A DNA stretch of 64,000 nt, taken from Lama guanicoe. Its lineage: Eukaryota. Positions 24,066 through 38,225 of this stretch are shown here, one piece after another. A model generated the notes under the pieces. The model made no database searches, had not been told where the DNA came from, and saw nothing but the letters and a program-made list of their open reading frames with translations. Made by a program: the position numbers and the translations under genes. The first letter of the stretch is position 1. The number at the start of each line of letters is the position of its first letter. The stretch spans positions 2,606,001-2,670,000 of the forward strand of contig MU053652.1 of the NCBI GenBank assembly GCA_013239625.1. Direction: 5' to 3'.

Positions 24066-26579
24066 TGTAAACCACAGGCAAATTCTCAGGCTGATCAATT
24101 TTTAAGAGAGAATACACAGTAATAATAAGACTCAGGAAACTGAATACCTTGAAACTATTTTGGCCTATGTAGCCCTTGAAGAGGCTACGTGTACTCATGG
24201 AGATAAGCATGCTCCTATCTGAAGACTGCTGCTCAAATTAGACACTAAAAATTGAAATTACTGGCTTTTAAGAGTGTTTAAATTTTTAAATTTTAAACCA
24301 TTGACTTTAGTCACATCACTTTTCTACTTAAAATTTTTTGATGGCTCCTCACTTTCCAAAAAATAAAATTCAAACTCACTGATGCGGGACTAAGATTCTT
24401 TGTGTTTATAATTGAACAAGAAAATCATATACACTCACATACAACCTCTACTTTTTTGTTTGTTTGTTTAAATGTAAAATGTAAAATTGTTAAAATAAAA
24501 TAAAATTTAAAACTTTGGGCAATGTTCAAAGAAAAGGCATTTAAGAAATAAAAACCAACACAATCACCACATTACAGAAATAATCATTGTTAAGACTTTA
24601 GTAAATTTCTTTGCAGTTTTCCATATGCATAAGCATACAAATGGATGTGTCTGTTTATGTGTTTAAAGATAAATTGGAGCAAATCATTCAATAAGGCATT
24701 CTTTTTTTTTGACCTGGGGTTTTTTTTAATAGGCCACTGTATCTGAAGCATTTTCTCTGCAGCATTAAAAAATATTTTAAAACGTTTTCACGGCAGCCTA
24801 ACAGCCATCATAATTTAAGGATAGCTCAAAAAAAAAAAAAACTTGTATATTAAATCCAGTAAATCTCAGGGCAACACATCTCTATCAATAATATTAGATA
24901 CATGCTAGAAGATTAATTTGCAATTGATGCTTATCAAATATCAAAATAATCACTGCCCTATATGCCCTGGAAAAGCAGGTAATATCATAAAAATTTCAAA
25001 ATTACCTTACGTTATTTTTTTAAAAGAATGAAATAAAATTTAAAGAGTTTTGTTTTCATTATACTTGAAATTTTTGCAGAGTGGCAAGTTTCCTAAATGC
25101 ACCTGTGTTCAAGTAAATACTTATTTTTCCTAATATGCAGAATGATAAAAGAAGTATAAGTAAATAGAGGAGAGGAGTTCACTGACATATAATGGGTAGA
25201 ATAAATGTTAATTGTGCAGAGAGGAATATGGCAAGTGACTCTGGAACACTATCAGCTGAACTGCCTTTAATAAACAGTATCTTTTGTGACTGTAAATATG
25301 AAATAAATCTGAAAACTGAAAGATTTACTTAAAGCATTAAAAAGTGGTAAATCTGGAGAGAAATATGCACAAGGATATGAGTCCACATATGTAATATCTA
25401 AGGAAGAAGTAAAATGACCCCAGTATCAAGTGCCTTGTATAACTATCTGGGAAAAGTCTACCTCCAGGCATCTTCCTGGTTCTAATACGCTACACTAATT
25501 CAACAAGTTCCATGTGTTAACCTAATTTCCCAAATAGGAGTTGCTGAATATGTACAAAGGTAAGGATAAATTCCTGAATTCAAGAAACTTGAAGAATGGT
25601 AAAGTAAATTAGATCTTACACAGAGGAAGTCATAGCTCATCTACCTCCTCAGGAAGGCTCTCCTGAAGCCCAAGCCAACAGTAAAAGCTCTGTCCTCCAA
25701 ACCTCACTTCTAATTTCTGTTGCATTTACTGCTTTTATCATTCATCTGAGCTTAGCTTTTACTACCCTCCACTGTAATGATATATGTATAAATAGTTCAT
25801 CACCAGAAAATTCTCTTTCATAACTTCAAATAGGCCTGGTTATTATTCAGGAATTAGAGGCAGCCGAAAATTTGTTTATGGCACACATAGCCAAAAATGT
25901 GAAAAGCCGTAATTATGACTTAAATGCTACAATGTATAATAAAAATATAAATAAAAAGCAAAGGTTTCTTTAACCTGCCACTGGTAGCATTTTTGGTTGT
26001 AGAAAATGGAGATGTGATAGATGTCAGAGACAAACTTTCAGACTGAGATATTTGAATTTTCCAATGATCTGAAATTCTAAGGTCTAGAATAAACTATTCT
26101 GTCAAACTTGAAGTTATTTTCAGTTCTTTTAAAATCTATGCCTCAGTTTAATGAAAGACTTCATAAACAACATGAGTTTCATAAATATCTCCTAGTCAAT
26201 ATTTTATATGCAAACAAACTATATAAACTTCAGGGAAAAAATACCAACTTTCAACCAACATCTCCACCACAAACTATCTAGCAAAGTATGTGTGAACCTA
26301 AGTATGTCTCCATGTAAGTACGTACACTGGAAGGTAGGATGATGGTAAAAGATGAAGACACGGAGCCAATCCATATACATACATTCTGAACAAAACTAAA
26401 AGGAGATAAAGGACTAGCACAACTGTCATAGAAAGTTCTCAGAGTAACAGACTTGAAGTCAAGCTATCTGCTACCTAATTCCAGATGGTCAGTCTCCTTA
26501 AAGGGCTTCAATTCATATGCACTAATCAGTTTGACACTACTTCAATAACAGAGGGGGTGGGGGGAAATCAACCAACAAT

Positions 26580-27160
26580 AGCCTGGTAGTTCCTTAAACA
26601 GTTACACAGTTATCATACATGACCTACAAATTCTACTCCTATGCATTTACCCAAGAGAAATGAAAATATATAACTAAACAAAAACTTGTACACAAATGTT
26701 TATAGCAGCATTATTCATAACAGACAAAAACACAGGTACAATCTAAATGTCCATTTTCTAATGATGGATAAACAAAATGTGGTACAGCTATACAATAGAA
26801 GACTATCTGCCGTAAAAAGGATGTAGTGCTGATACATGCTACAACATAAATGAACCTTGAAAACAGTATGCTAAATGAAAGAAGCCAATCACAAAAACTA
26901 CATATTATATGATTTCATTTATATGAAATGCCTGGAATAGGTAGATCTATAGAGATAGAAAGTAAATTCATGGTTGCTCAGAGATAGGAAAGTAAGTAGG
27001 TAATAACAAAGGGTACAGTTGTTGAAATTACGAAAATGTTCTGAAATTGACTCCAGTGATGGTTGCACACATCTGTGAACATGTTAAAAGCTACTAAATT
27101 GTACATTTTAAGTGGTTGAATGCGTGGAATGAGAATTACCAAACCAAAAAAATTTTGTTA
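26580..27160 (+). mobile_element. L1MB-type 3' end
   Basis: atttacccaagagaaatgaaaa...cacaaatgtttatagcagcattattcataac...atgaaccttgaaaacagtatgctaaatgaaagaagcc...gatggttgcacac. Confidence 0.85.
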
Positions 27161-28437
27161 AAAAGTCAACTAACAAATACTTATATTCAAGTAATTGGAG
27201 GAAATGACCCTTATCCTAAAATTAATCAAAGTACTGATATACTCTAGAACTATTAGCCAAATCAGATACTGTAATAAACTAACCTTTAAAGTTCTCAAGG
27301 TCTCATCAAAACTGCCTATAATAATTTTAAATAACCTTAATAATAAACACCTCTTAAAATACCAAGATAGGTAGTAAGTTTTTTCTTCTTCCAAGTTCTT
27401 CCAGATGCAACATCCACATAGCAAGATAACTAATTTCACTTAAAATATTCTCTAAAATCGCTAAAAACTATGAAAACCATGAAAACTTACAGCATGGATT
27501 TAAAATTTACTGATTATTTAATATTTTGAACATGGCCAGTGTATGAGTCCCTGTAGCCCCAGAACAAAACTGCATTAAAAAGAAAAAAATTGTCAAAACG
27601 CTTAGTTGATTAACTCATCTATGCATTTAATAAACATTATGCTGGACTACAATGATGGGGGAAATTTCACAGTCTTTATGGAGCTAGTTGGTCTAGTTGC
27701 AGGGGTAGGTATTAATCAAATAATAATACAAATAAATGCATAATTATAAACTGTATAAAGTGTTATGTGAGAAGGGTATACATTTGCATGAAAGCATTTA
27801 ACTGTAAGGGCAGGGGAAGTGGTGCCAGACTCATTGGGAGGGCAGGGTAAGTCAGACTTTCCTATGAAAGTGACATTCTAGTTGACAGCTGAAGAATAAG
27901 TAGGAGTTAGGTTTTATTGCTCTTCTGATCAAACTACTTAAATCAAAAGGGAAAAAAGGGAACAATGTGAGGAAGGGGAGAGGGGACATACTCAAGGATA
28001 TTTAAAATAATTTAGCATTTCTATTTATATAAAACAACATGCCTCAACAACTATAATAAATATTGGTCACATTAAAGTAATATAAGGATATTTCTAAAGT
28101 ATGAAATACTAATAATATTTACAAACCAAAAAATTTACATTAGCCCCAAGTATCTACCTTCTAAAAAGTGTCTTCACGTAAATATTCCCATGAAAGTTTT
28201 TTAAAAAGGTAAATAATATAAAAATCACATTATAAGAAGGGAAAATAAGTATATACTTATGGTAAAGATTAAACTTTCAATTTCTGGACCTCATAAACAA
28301 GTAAGCCTCAAAAGAGACAAGAAAACACTGAGCAAAATAATCTGGGGCTCAAGTGTTAGATCATGACACTAATATAACCTTGAGGAATTCATAAGCCTAC
28401 AAAATATAACAGTCCATTCCATAAGAACTAAACACAG

Positions 28438-29780
28438 ATTTCTGCTTCTGGATATGACAGAATAGCCTATAACAGACCAATATAACCTCCTACAACTAGA
28501 AAAGCTGTATAAAATACAAGCAAATGTTCTTAAGGTATCAGAGACTTTTTGACGCAGCTAGGACTTGAGATGCTGAAGAACTTGTTAAAGAGAGCCCACA
28601 TTCTGTGCAGCTTTCCCTCTCAGGACATTTCGCCTATTTCTTTAATGGGAAATAACAGGAAAAGTAACTGAGAAGCTAGGAAAGGACAGTTAAGCAGAAA
28701 AGGCAGCAGAGCTTTTGGCAATTTCAAGGGGGTAGAGGGGCAAAACTTGGTAGCCAGGTCTTGCCATGACACTCAGGACCTGAGGGGTCAAGATCCTATA
28801 GAAAAAGATACAGAAGAACAAACCTGACACTGTGTACTGATTTTCCTCTAGAAGATTCTTAAACTGCACAGAGCAGGAGGCTAAAAAGACAGCAGAAAGC
28901 AAGGAGGAGCTTTTAGGATCCTCATGCTGCTAGAAAGACAAAGCAGAAGAGGCCCTAGAAATATCCAGTATCTCATGTGGGTTCCCTGGCAGGCTACCAA
29001 AGTTATGAAAACTAGAGGTTTACAAAGCCTAAAACCCAGCATCAAGTCAGTTCAGTTCTTGACTACTCAGGTGATCTGCCTCTATTTTATCTACCTGCCA
29101 GAAGATGGGTGAATCCTCTCTAAAGAAATGCTATATATCATTAGGCAACTAACTGTAATTTGTAATTGTACTTAAATTCTGATTATAATGTATGGTGTTT
29201 AATCAAAAGTTACTCCTCCAAATAATGGTAATAATAATAATAATTACCAGACACACCAAGATAAAATGTATGATACAGACCTACAGATGATCCAGATATT
29301 GGAACTTACAGACACAGACTTTAAAGCAATTTGATTGATATGTTCTAGAAAATAGATAACAATATGGAGGTTTTTTCACCAGAGAATTAGAATTTATTTT
29401 TAAAAAGAGAGAATCAAATGAAAAGCCTAGCACTATACATTAGCTGCCATCAAGAATAGATGAGATTAAAAGTTGACTGAACATAGCTGAATAGAGAATT
29501 CATAAACTGGAACACAGGGAAGTAAAACCTATCCAGAATTGAGAGAAACTGAGAGAAAAAAATTATTTAAAAAAGACACAAAAAAGCATAAAGGACATAT
29601 GGGATAAGACAAAAGACATAATACGGATTTAACTGGAGTTGGAAAGAGAATTAGAAAAAGAAGAGGGTAGAAACAATACTTGAAGAATACCAAAATCTTT
29701 TCAGAACTGATGAAAGAGTCATGCTACAGATATGAGAGAAGCCAGAAACCCCGGAGTAAATACAAAGAAAATATACATTT
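28438..29780 (+). mobile_element. Ancient L1 5' UTR/ORF1 remnant (L1ME-type)
   Basis: Starts ttctgcttctggatatgacagaatagc; ORF1-like blocks cagatgatccagatattggaact and aacaatacttgaagaa...ttttcagaactgatgaaaga. Confidence 0.6.
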
Positions 29781-32722
29781 TCAATACACAAAAAATACAT
29801 TCTTTGGTGCTAATAGCTACATTTCTAAAATTAAAATCTAAAAAAATCTCTCATATTTCCGAAGATGACTCCTGAATGACTGAAATAAAGCAAAGTCAGA
29901 TCACCACAAACAGCTGAAATGTATCTTAGCTATAAGCAGAACATCACAAAAGTTCCTGCATCAGTCCCCAAAAATCATTTATTAAAAACCTACTATATTC
30001 CCTAAAAGTTAATGCAAATAAGTTATTTTTCTATCTGCAAAAAAAGGAGAAAAATTTAAACATATTAAACCTTCCAGTATTTGATCAAGATAAGAAGTAT
30101 TTCTACATATAAGGAAACTGATGATGCTCAGACAAGAATCATACTTGCTAAAAGTCACAAAGATCCAATCCTAGAAGGCAGCTCTACAAATTCAATCTCT
30201 AGTCCTTCAGCCACTTTCATGATACTTTTCCTCTAACTTGGCTATCTTTATTTTCCTAAAGTTCTAAGATTACCAGACTGAAAATATCAGAACTTGCAGT
30301 GGCCAGTAAGGTTTCCAAGTCAGGCCAGTGTCTAATCTCAGTTTAGGGAAAGGGAAAGAAAGGGAGGAATAGAAAAAGCACTAGGGACCTTGTAATCAAT
30401 AAATACTTGCTACTCTGTAGACAATTTCAACAAATGACTTTACTTAATATTAGACCTGCTTAAGAAGTACTTTAACATGATTGTCATTGCCAGTAAAGAT
30501 ACAGCAACTGCTGTTAGGATTTTAGGCTAAAGGTAAGGAAACTCAATTCCCTTCCTTACACTTCCTATCACACAAAGTTATAACATCTTTACTTGCTAAC
30601 AGAAGTTCAGTGCCATCCTTACTTGCTAAAGGAAGTTCAGGCATGGCACACATCAATCCAGCAGGCACAAAACTCTCAGACTCAAACTCTGTAACACTCA
30701 GCTATACTCCTTCAAAAGAAAAAGTTCAGATTACTCTTCTATTATAATAGCTTAGTGCTTTAAAATAAAAACTTTATTGCATAAATTAACATATTGATTA
30801 AATATACTGTTAATGAAAGTGTCTGAAAGTTACATACACATTAAATACTAGTTTACAAATGTATTTGAGAAAATTGTAATAACAGATTTCTTCTATTTCA
30901 AATGGCTGCCTTCTAACTCCAAAACTAGTGCACTTCAAATCTGGGTTCAGGAGACATAAGTCTAAGTTAAGTTGCCATCCCACTAGTCATTTTCTGCTTT
31001 TCTTACTTTTTTTTTTTCTTTTTATCATAACTCAGATCCAAGTCTTATCCCTACAATATAAATTTAAGATGTGAAATCCTGGAAGTAGTCTAACTTAAGG
31101 CCTGGAAAATGTCTCCACAGTTATTAGACCAAACAATGCCATTCCAATTCCCAACTATCTGTGATCCTAACTTGTGTACAGAAAAGCACTGATTATCTTC
31201 AGATTCAACAATCAGAAAATCAGAAGTCAAGTACCTAGGGCCACATTTCAACTCCAGCTGAAGGCTAGAATGTTTACCTGGCTCATTCTCACATTAAAAG
31301 TAGGATTCCAGCATCAAACAGCCACAAAGCAGCCAACAATGGGCCACACTGGCCTGACCAGACCACAGGTCACTTGGCATCCTCACTGAACCAGATCCTA
31401 CCGAAGGCCTGACTGTCAACCCTTGACCTGGAGAATAGGATAATGGGCTGGCAATCAAGAGAATTAGATTCTTCTAGTCACAGCTCCACATTTAGATTTT
31501 TGACTGATTTGACTAGAGAATTTGATTTGACTAGAGAATAAAATTTGAGAAAATGTGAAGAATTTCTGAAACATAGGTGGAAAACTTTTGAGTATGCTTC
31601 ATGTATCTAGCCACTTTATCTGTTGTGTAACATAAAAATATATTACTTGTAACTTGTTTTGTTTATAAATTTATTCCTGGGCTTATAAGATGATGATCCA
31701 GGGGGACAACTAGAACTTTTCTTCAGGGTCTGCACAGATCTTAAAACTTTACTAAGCCCTTTCCTCTATCTGTATGTAACACTGGGGTTCGATCTGCCCC
31801 TTCTCTCAAAGATAAAATAAAAGACAGGTAAATACTAAATTAAAGTACTGTCAACCTTTCAGAAGCAATTTGCCACAGAAAAACATATGGTAGTAAGGAA
31901 ATGGAACTCTTTTTTAACACCTGAATGGGAATCCGGACCAAGCCTGTGTTGCAAGTCAAGTTGATTCAAGTCAGACTTCTCTGTTTATATTGGAGTTGCT
32001 GGGTCGGGAAACTGGTCTGCGTCTACATAAATCCATGTTCTGAGCCATGATATAATTGAATTCTTCTGTAATGTCCCTCCTGCCCACTCCCTATCTTTTT
32101 CAGCCAGAAAAAGATTACCCCCTGTAAATCCTAGAACGTCTCCCTAATTGCAAGGATTCAGACTCCACAACTTTCCAGCCTTCTGTGACTTTCACCAGTC
32201 CTCTGGAGCTCATCACTTTTAATGACCCGTCCAACGCCCCCCTTCCCCCAGGAACAGTCACTCTTCTTCTAAGCTTCACACTTTGTCCCGGCAGCAATCG
32301 ACTAAACCGTCCCCCGTCTCCAGCCACCTCAGACGCCCTTAGACAGCTTCGCCAGTTTGCCTGCCGTCCGGACCCCGAAAGCTCGGGCTCCTCTGCCCCA
32401 CCTCCCTGAGCCGCCCGCTCCCAAGCCCTCCTCAACCTTCAAATCCCGGCCGCAGCATCTCCCGGCCTCGGTTGTCCTACGTGCCCCGGCCCCGCCACAC
32501 ACCTCGCCCCTTCCCCCCAGACCTCTCTCTCCGGACCCCAACCCCTCCCTGAGGCGGGGGCGCGCAACTCGCTCAGAGGCTGGAAGGAGACTCCGGAGGC
32601 CGCGCGTCCCCCTCACCAGGCCCCGCCTGGGCCTCTCGGCTCGGCTGCCCTCCACCGCCCCCCTGGCCCAGCCGTATATACACCGAAGAGTAGGGCAGCA
32701 CGATCCCAGGGCCCGGCACTTA

Positions 32723-32944
<222 letters not shown>

Positions 32945-32949
32945 CTACC

Positions 32950-33124
32950 TCTGCTTGAAGCGGTGAGACGCGTGCGCGTCGGCGATTCTCCCTTGGGGGT
33001 CTTCGACGCTGAACTCTCCTGAATGACTGACCGGCCGCAACTCAAGCTGAAGTGTGAGCACCTGAGGGGCTCTCCTGGGGCGCGTGGAGAGGAGTGGCCG
33101 AAATAACTTTTCTTACAAGCTGAG
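32950..33124 (+). ncRNA. Probable first exon of a divergent lncRNA (MKLN1-AS-like); start approximate
   Basis: Good plus-strand donor GAG|GTAAGG at 33124/33125 near the edge of the CpG island. Human has a head-to-head lncRNA (MKLN1-AS) at this promoter. Transcription cannot be seen from sequence alone. Confidence 0.45.
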
Positions 33125-34439
33125 GTAAGGAAAAGCCAAAAATATTATGAAAAGAAACAAATTGTAGTTATGGGCCAGGAAGGGAAAATGAGAAGACGAA
33201 TTTGGAGAAGGGACGCCGTTGCGACTTTGGAAACCACTGCTCTCTCCAGTTTCTAAATTCTTTAAGGAAACAGCACTCAAGGGAATTGGAGTAGACTAGC
33301 TAATGACCTTTCCCTCTGGAGTTGTCCTGGTTTTAAATGTCTTGTCCCTTGTTCTAGAGCCACATGGCGACAGAAAAGGAAATGCTCATGTGTCCTCTCA
33401 CCCTATTCAGTTTTCAGTCTGTGATGCCCTTCGTTGTAAGCATCTGTTATGAGCCCTCTCATACCATCTTGTTCAACTGATTTGCTCAGTGATGACATTT
33501 TCCCACAGACCAGAAAAATCCTTAAGGAGATGAGAAGTTGGGTGTCATCATTTTTCCAACTGGTAAATCTGCCCACTTTTAACTGACATATTTAGCCCAA
33601 AAGTTCTGAAAGAGTGAGAGACAGAGGGTTTGAAGAAAATGACCACTGAGGGAGTAACAGCCCATGTGCTCTGAATGCCATATAGGCATCATATCAGCTT
33701 CTTATCAAAAAAGGAACACTTGCTCTAAACATCTAGCTGTTTTAGATAATGTTCCCATCACATACCTGTTGGTCACGGTTGTGCATTTATTCCTCGGCTT
33801 AGCCACTGTACTACCAAAGTACACATCACTCATTGTCTAAGAGGTTCTGCCCCTGAAAGCCTGCACGGTATCTTCATCTCCCCTTGAGGGATAGAAAAAC
33901 TCAAGCAAAGAGTTTCTCAGTGAATGACCAAGTGAATGGAAACACCACAGTACTATAATTGTATTCTTTTCCTGTTATAATCATTAACCAGCCCAAACTT
34001 CCTCACATCCTCTCCTGACTTCCTGTTTCCAAAGGGGAAAACTTAGTTGTGGCCTCCACTAGCATATCAGATCAAGAATGCCGAATAGGAAGTCCACAGT
34101 ATTTAAACCTGTAAAATCACATGTGCTTTGTGTGTTGCAGCATGTTGGAAAATTATTTGTTTCTTGAGGGAATGCTATAATCCCAGTGACTCGAGTTGGG
34201 AGTCCAGAGACAGTGGGAGAGACTAGAGAAGGTTACTTAGTCCCAAAGATGATTAGTGGTCATCTTTGGAGGTAAGAGTTACTTTTAAGGGGAGAAGATT
34301 AAAATGATGACTCAGTTCAATTAGTTTGGGGCTCTGAATTTGCTAATTACACCCTTTACCCTAAAATATGTTGAGTCCTTGTTCTTTTCTAAACATAGAG
34401 TTGTGGTCTCCAAGTCATCTTTTTTAAAAGTTCTTCCTA

Positions 34440-34990
34440 AGATGACTGTGACTTTCAGTGACTTTCTATAACCTTTGAGTAACATTGAATGTCTTTAGCA
34501 TAGGCCTTTCATATCTGGCCTCGATTACCTCTCCAGCCTTCTCTCTCTTCTTTCGCCTTTGCACTTTATTCCAGCCACGCTAAACTAGTACACTGAATTG
34601 GCTCCTATAAATTCTGTGCTCTCTCTCTGGTCTCCAAGGCTTAGTCTAAGCCAAGCCAGGAATACTATCCCCCCCATTCTTTACCTGGCTAATTTCTACT
34701 CATTATTTTTTCAGATTATTTCATTCTGGAAAATCAGTCCTCACCACCTATTTTGGGATTATGTGCCATTTTCTACATTTCCCTTGTCATCCTGAGTTTT
34801 CTTCCTTATCTTAGTAAGCATCACCAATATATTTTAATTTCCTCTTTATTTCTCATTCTCTTTTTCTAAACTATAAGCCCATGAAGATAGGAGTCATACA
34901 TGTCTTGTTCACAGTTGTATCCTTAGTCCTGTTAGAGTGCCCAGCATGTAGATGTTCAATAAATGTTTATTGAAGGATGAGTGAATTGTG
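34440..34990 (+). mobile_element. L2 3' fragment
   Basis: Ends gtgcccagcatgtagatgttcaataaatgtttattgaaggatgagtgaat, an L2-type terminus. Confidence 0.75.
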
Positions 34991-35629
34991 CTAAAGAATA
35001 CTTGAGTTGCAAAGGAAAAGAATGCCAGAACTTCTCAGACTGCAAAAATGTATCCCTGAGGTATGATTGCCATGGAAAATGTAAAGATGCAGGATAGCAT
35101 GGCTTTCCTGCAGCACAGAGTTTACAAATGGGAAAATAATTTAAAGCGTTCACATGTTAACATAAATACAAATAGATACGATACTGAGCCCAAAATTTGT
35201 GTAAATGTTAAGATAAAATAGAAGACTAAAGAAATTTCACAGTCTGCAAGAGTCTGCTAGCAGATCAGATCTCCTAAGGATACAATTTTACCTTCTCTGC
35301 TTTTGGGGCATTGCCTTAGGTGATGGAGTTTATTGTAACATACATGGGGAAGACCTGGAAACTGTCAGCGGTGATTTAGTTCCTCATTTTCCCCCATACT
35401 TCAAAGATTAGGACATACTGATGGCCTCAGAGGGAACTGCACAAAGTATCATCATTATTCAGGGATCACCAGCTCTAGTAACCCAGTTATCTTGTCATCC
35501 CCTAAAAGAAATCATCTTTTACTCTCTGATGACATTTCAAAATGCTTCTCATAGCAAATACTTCCCAGAAAGAGTAACTAATTATATTTGGTTTGTCACC
35601 ATTTGCTATCTTTTCCTGTAAAAAAAAAA

Positions 35630-36540
35630 TTATTGAGGGGCTGTGATATGCCAGGCCCTGTTCTAGATGCTAGGGAGACAGGGATAAACAGACAAGCCAG
35701 ATAAGGGCCCTGCTTTCATGGAGATTACATTCTGGCAAGGCAACATATAATAAGTATAATAAATAAGTCAACTACATAATTTTAGTCTGTGAATTTTAGG
35801 TGCTAAGAAGAGACTCCACCAGAGTAATATTTAGATTGGATGGTAAAGGAAGTGTCTCTAAGAAGATAATATTTGAGCTAATACCTGTACAGTAAGTGCC
35901 AGCTATGTGAAGGCTGGATAAAGAACATTCTAGGAAGAGATAATAACCAACTGCAATGGGCCTGAGGCAGGAAGAGGGTTGGTGTGTTAAAGAATAAAAA
36001 ATGTGACAGGAACATAGTGATAGAGGGGGAGACTGGAGTCAGAACAAGTAGGGCCCCAACAGTCATGGTGAGGAGCCATGACATACAAATGTGAAGGGGA
36101 GACCTGTGCTGGGGATTCAAGCCAAGGAGTAGCGTGATCCATTTTACATTTTGTAAAGATCTATTTCTGCAGAACAGAAAATGGGTTGGGAAGAGGCAAG
36201 AATTGAAGTGAGGAGACTTGACAGGAGGTTATAGTAGCCAGGCAAGAAATGATGGTGGCTTGCACAGGCAGAGGAGATGAAGAGAAGTGGTTGAATTGGG
36301 ATATATTTTGAAAGTAAAGCCAATTAGACATGCTGGTGAGGGATGGAAGGCAGGAAGAAGAGGAAAGAATCGAGAATGACTCCTGGGTTTTGTGTTTGCA
36401 CCACTGAGTATTTAGTGATGCTTTTATCGAGAGGGGAAGTTTTGGGGTTGGAACAGCTTTGAGGTAGAAGGAATCAAGAATTCTGACTTCAGTGTACTAT
36501 ATAGGGGATGCCTATTAGATACCCAATCACAGCTGCCAAG
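35630..36540 (-). mobile_element. L2 3' fragment (about 0.9 kb)
   Basis: tattgagg...atatgccaggccctgttctagatgctaggga...agaaatgatggtggcttg...gaatgactcctgggtttt. Confidence 0.8.
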
Positions 36541-36779
36541 TCTCCAATATGGGTTCCTATGTTGGTCAGAGTCTTACATCAAACCACCTCATAGGCATTT
36601 GACCTTCTTCGTTTTTAACCAACCAGTGCTTGCTTTTGGGAGGGCTTAGGCACTGATTCCTGGGTCAGTCAATTTTTCTCTAAATAACAGAGTTACCATA
36701 GCTCTGGCTATAGTTCTTGAAAGAAGAAACCATCTGTGGCAGACTTCTGCAGAAGGGGTTGAGGGGTACAGAATAATCT

Positions 36780-37480
36780 AGGGAAAGAAATCTGGAGTAT
36801 ACATAGAAAATCTTGTTTTCAGTCCAATTCTACTACTTGTCTAGCTATGAGACCTTGGGAAAGTCACTTAACTTCTCAGAGTCTCATTTTCCACCACTGT
36901 AAATTGGCATTAATAAAATCTAACTTGTCTACTTCACAGGGAGGTTTTAAAGATCAAGTGAAGGAAGGGGGCCTAGCTTGTCTGCTATAAGTTCTCATTT
37001 AATTCTCACAGAAACTCTAGGAAATATTATTACTCTCTTTTTAACAGATGAGAAAAATAAGACTCAGAAAGGTTAAATAATTGTTATCTTTGGTGTTCCC
37101 CTCCAGAGGTAGGGTAAGGAAGGGAGTGAGGTTGGGGTATTCCCTCCCCTGACTTCCTGCTTGAAGGTCACAGTGGGCTGACTGGCCCTTTCAACCAAAG
37201 GTCACAGGTCCTCCCAAGTGGCCTCTCCACATAGCTCTCTCTGGTTCTGGGTTCTAGTAGCCATCCCCTCCCCTTGCTTCCTGTTGTTTCCCAGTACGTT
37301 CTCACGTCTTTATAAATAGTCCTTTTATTAAACCTCTCAAATCGTCCAGTTGGAGAATGCCATCTGTTTACAGCTGGGACCCTGACTGTTACAATTACTT
37401 ATCCAAGGAAATATAGCTAGTCAGTGACAGAGCCAGAATCTCTTTGGTTCAAAAGCCCATCCTGTTTGAGTACATCCCAC
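36780..37480. mobile_element. Two MIRs in opposite orientation, the second split by an ERVL/MaLR-class LTR (about 37082-37393)
   Basis: Plus-strand MIR core ctatgagaccttgggaaagtcacttaacttctcag; reverse MIR ggttaaataa|...|cttatccaagg split by a segment ending gccatctgtttacagctgggaccctgactgttaca. Confidence 0.65.
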
Positions 37481-38225
37481 TCTGCTCAGGTGGCAAGAGA
37501 CTTAGTAAACTGTACAGTGCTATTCAAATATAAGATAATGTCAAATAATAAAGACCACCAGAGTTAAAAAGCAAAATAAATCCAGCTGGTTTTACTTATT
37601 TCCAGGCATACCAATTGACTGAGAGGGGAAAGAAGGTGTTTTTAATTTTCAGGAGGCATTGTCATGGTTTGCTACACTAATTAAAGATTAAAACAAATAC
37701 TCTGAATAGGCTGGAATAAATCCACAGCTTTGTACATGATGGTTAAAACAAGCTCCATATTTCATTGGTCAGGAAAAAGAAGTCTTCAGATAGGTCCAAT
37801 AAGGGTCTTGCTTTAGCTTACCAGGATCATTCAAAGGTCATGGTCTCTTTAACAGCTTTCAGCTGGTTAGGAGAGTTGAAGCACAATGCAGTACTCAAAT
37901 GTGTTATGTTCAGTCAGGCTCTACCATAAAAGGAAGAATTTCCCTTCATGATATTATTATGCAACAGATGAAGAAACTAATACACAAATATGTTAGATGT
38001 CATGTGTAAGGTCATTTACACAACAGGGCTGTTTGCAGATCTGAATCCAGAACCCAAGTACCTAATTCTTAGTCACTTTTTTTCCTAATGTAATTAGTGG
38101 GCACATTTTAGATCTACACCTATATTACTCTTCTTTAAATCCTCTATAACTAGTACATAGTAGATCCTCTAGAAATATTTCCTGAATTGAATCTCTTAGT
38201 TCCTCCTGAATTTCTTCTCACCAAT

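Noticed and set aside
30584..31540. Small tandem duplications at about 30584-30640 (30-bp period) and 31504-31539 (18-bp period)
   Set aside because: Ordinary two-copy slippage duplications with no further structure.
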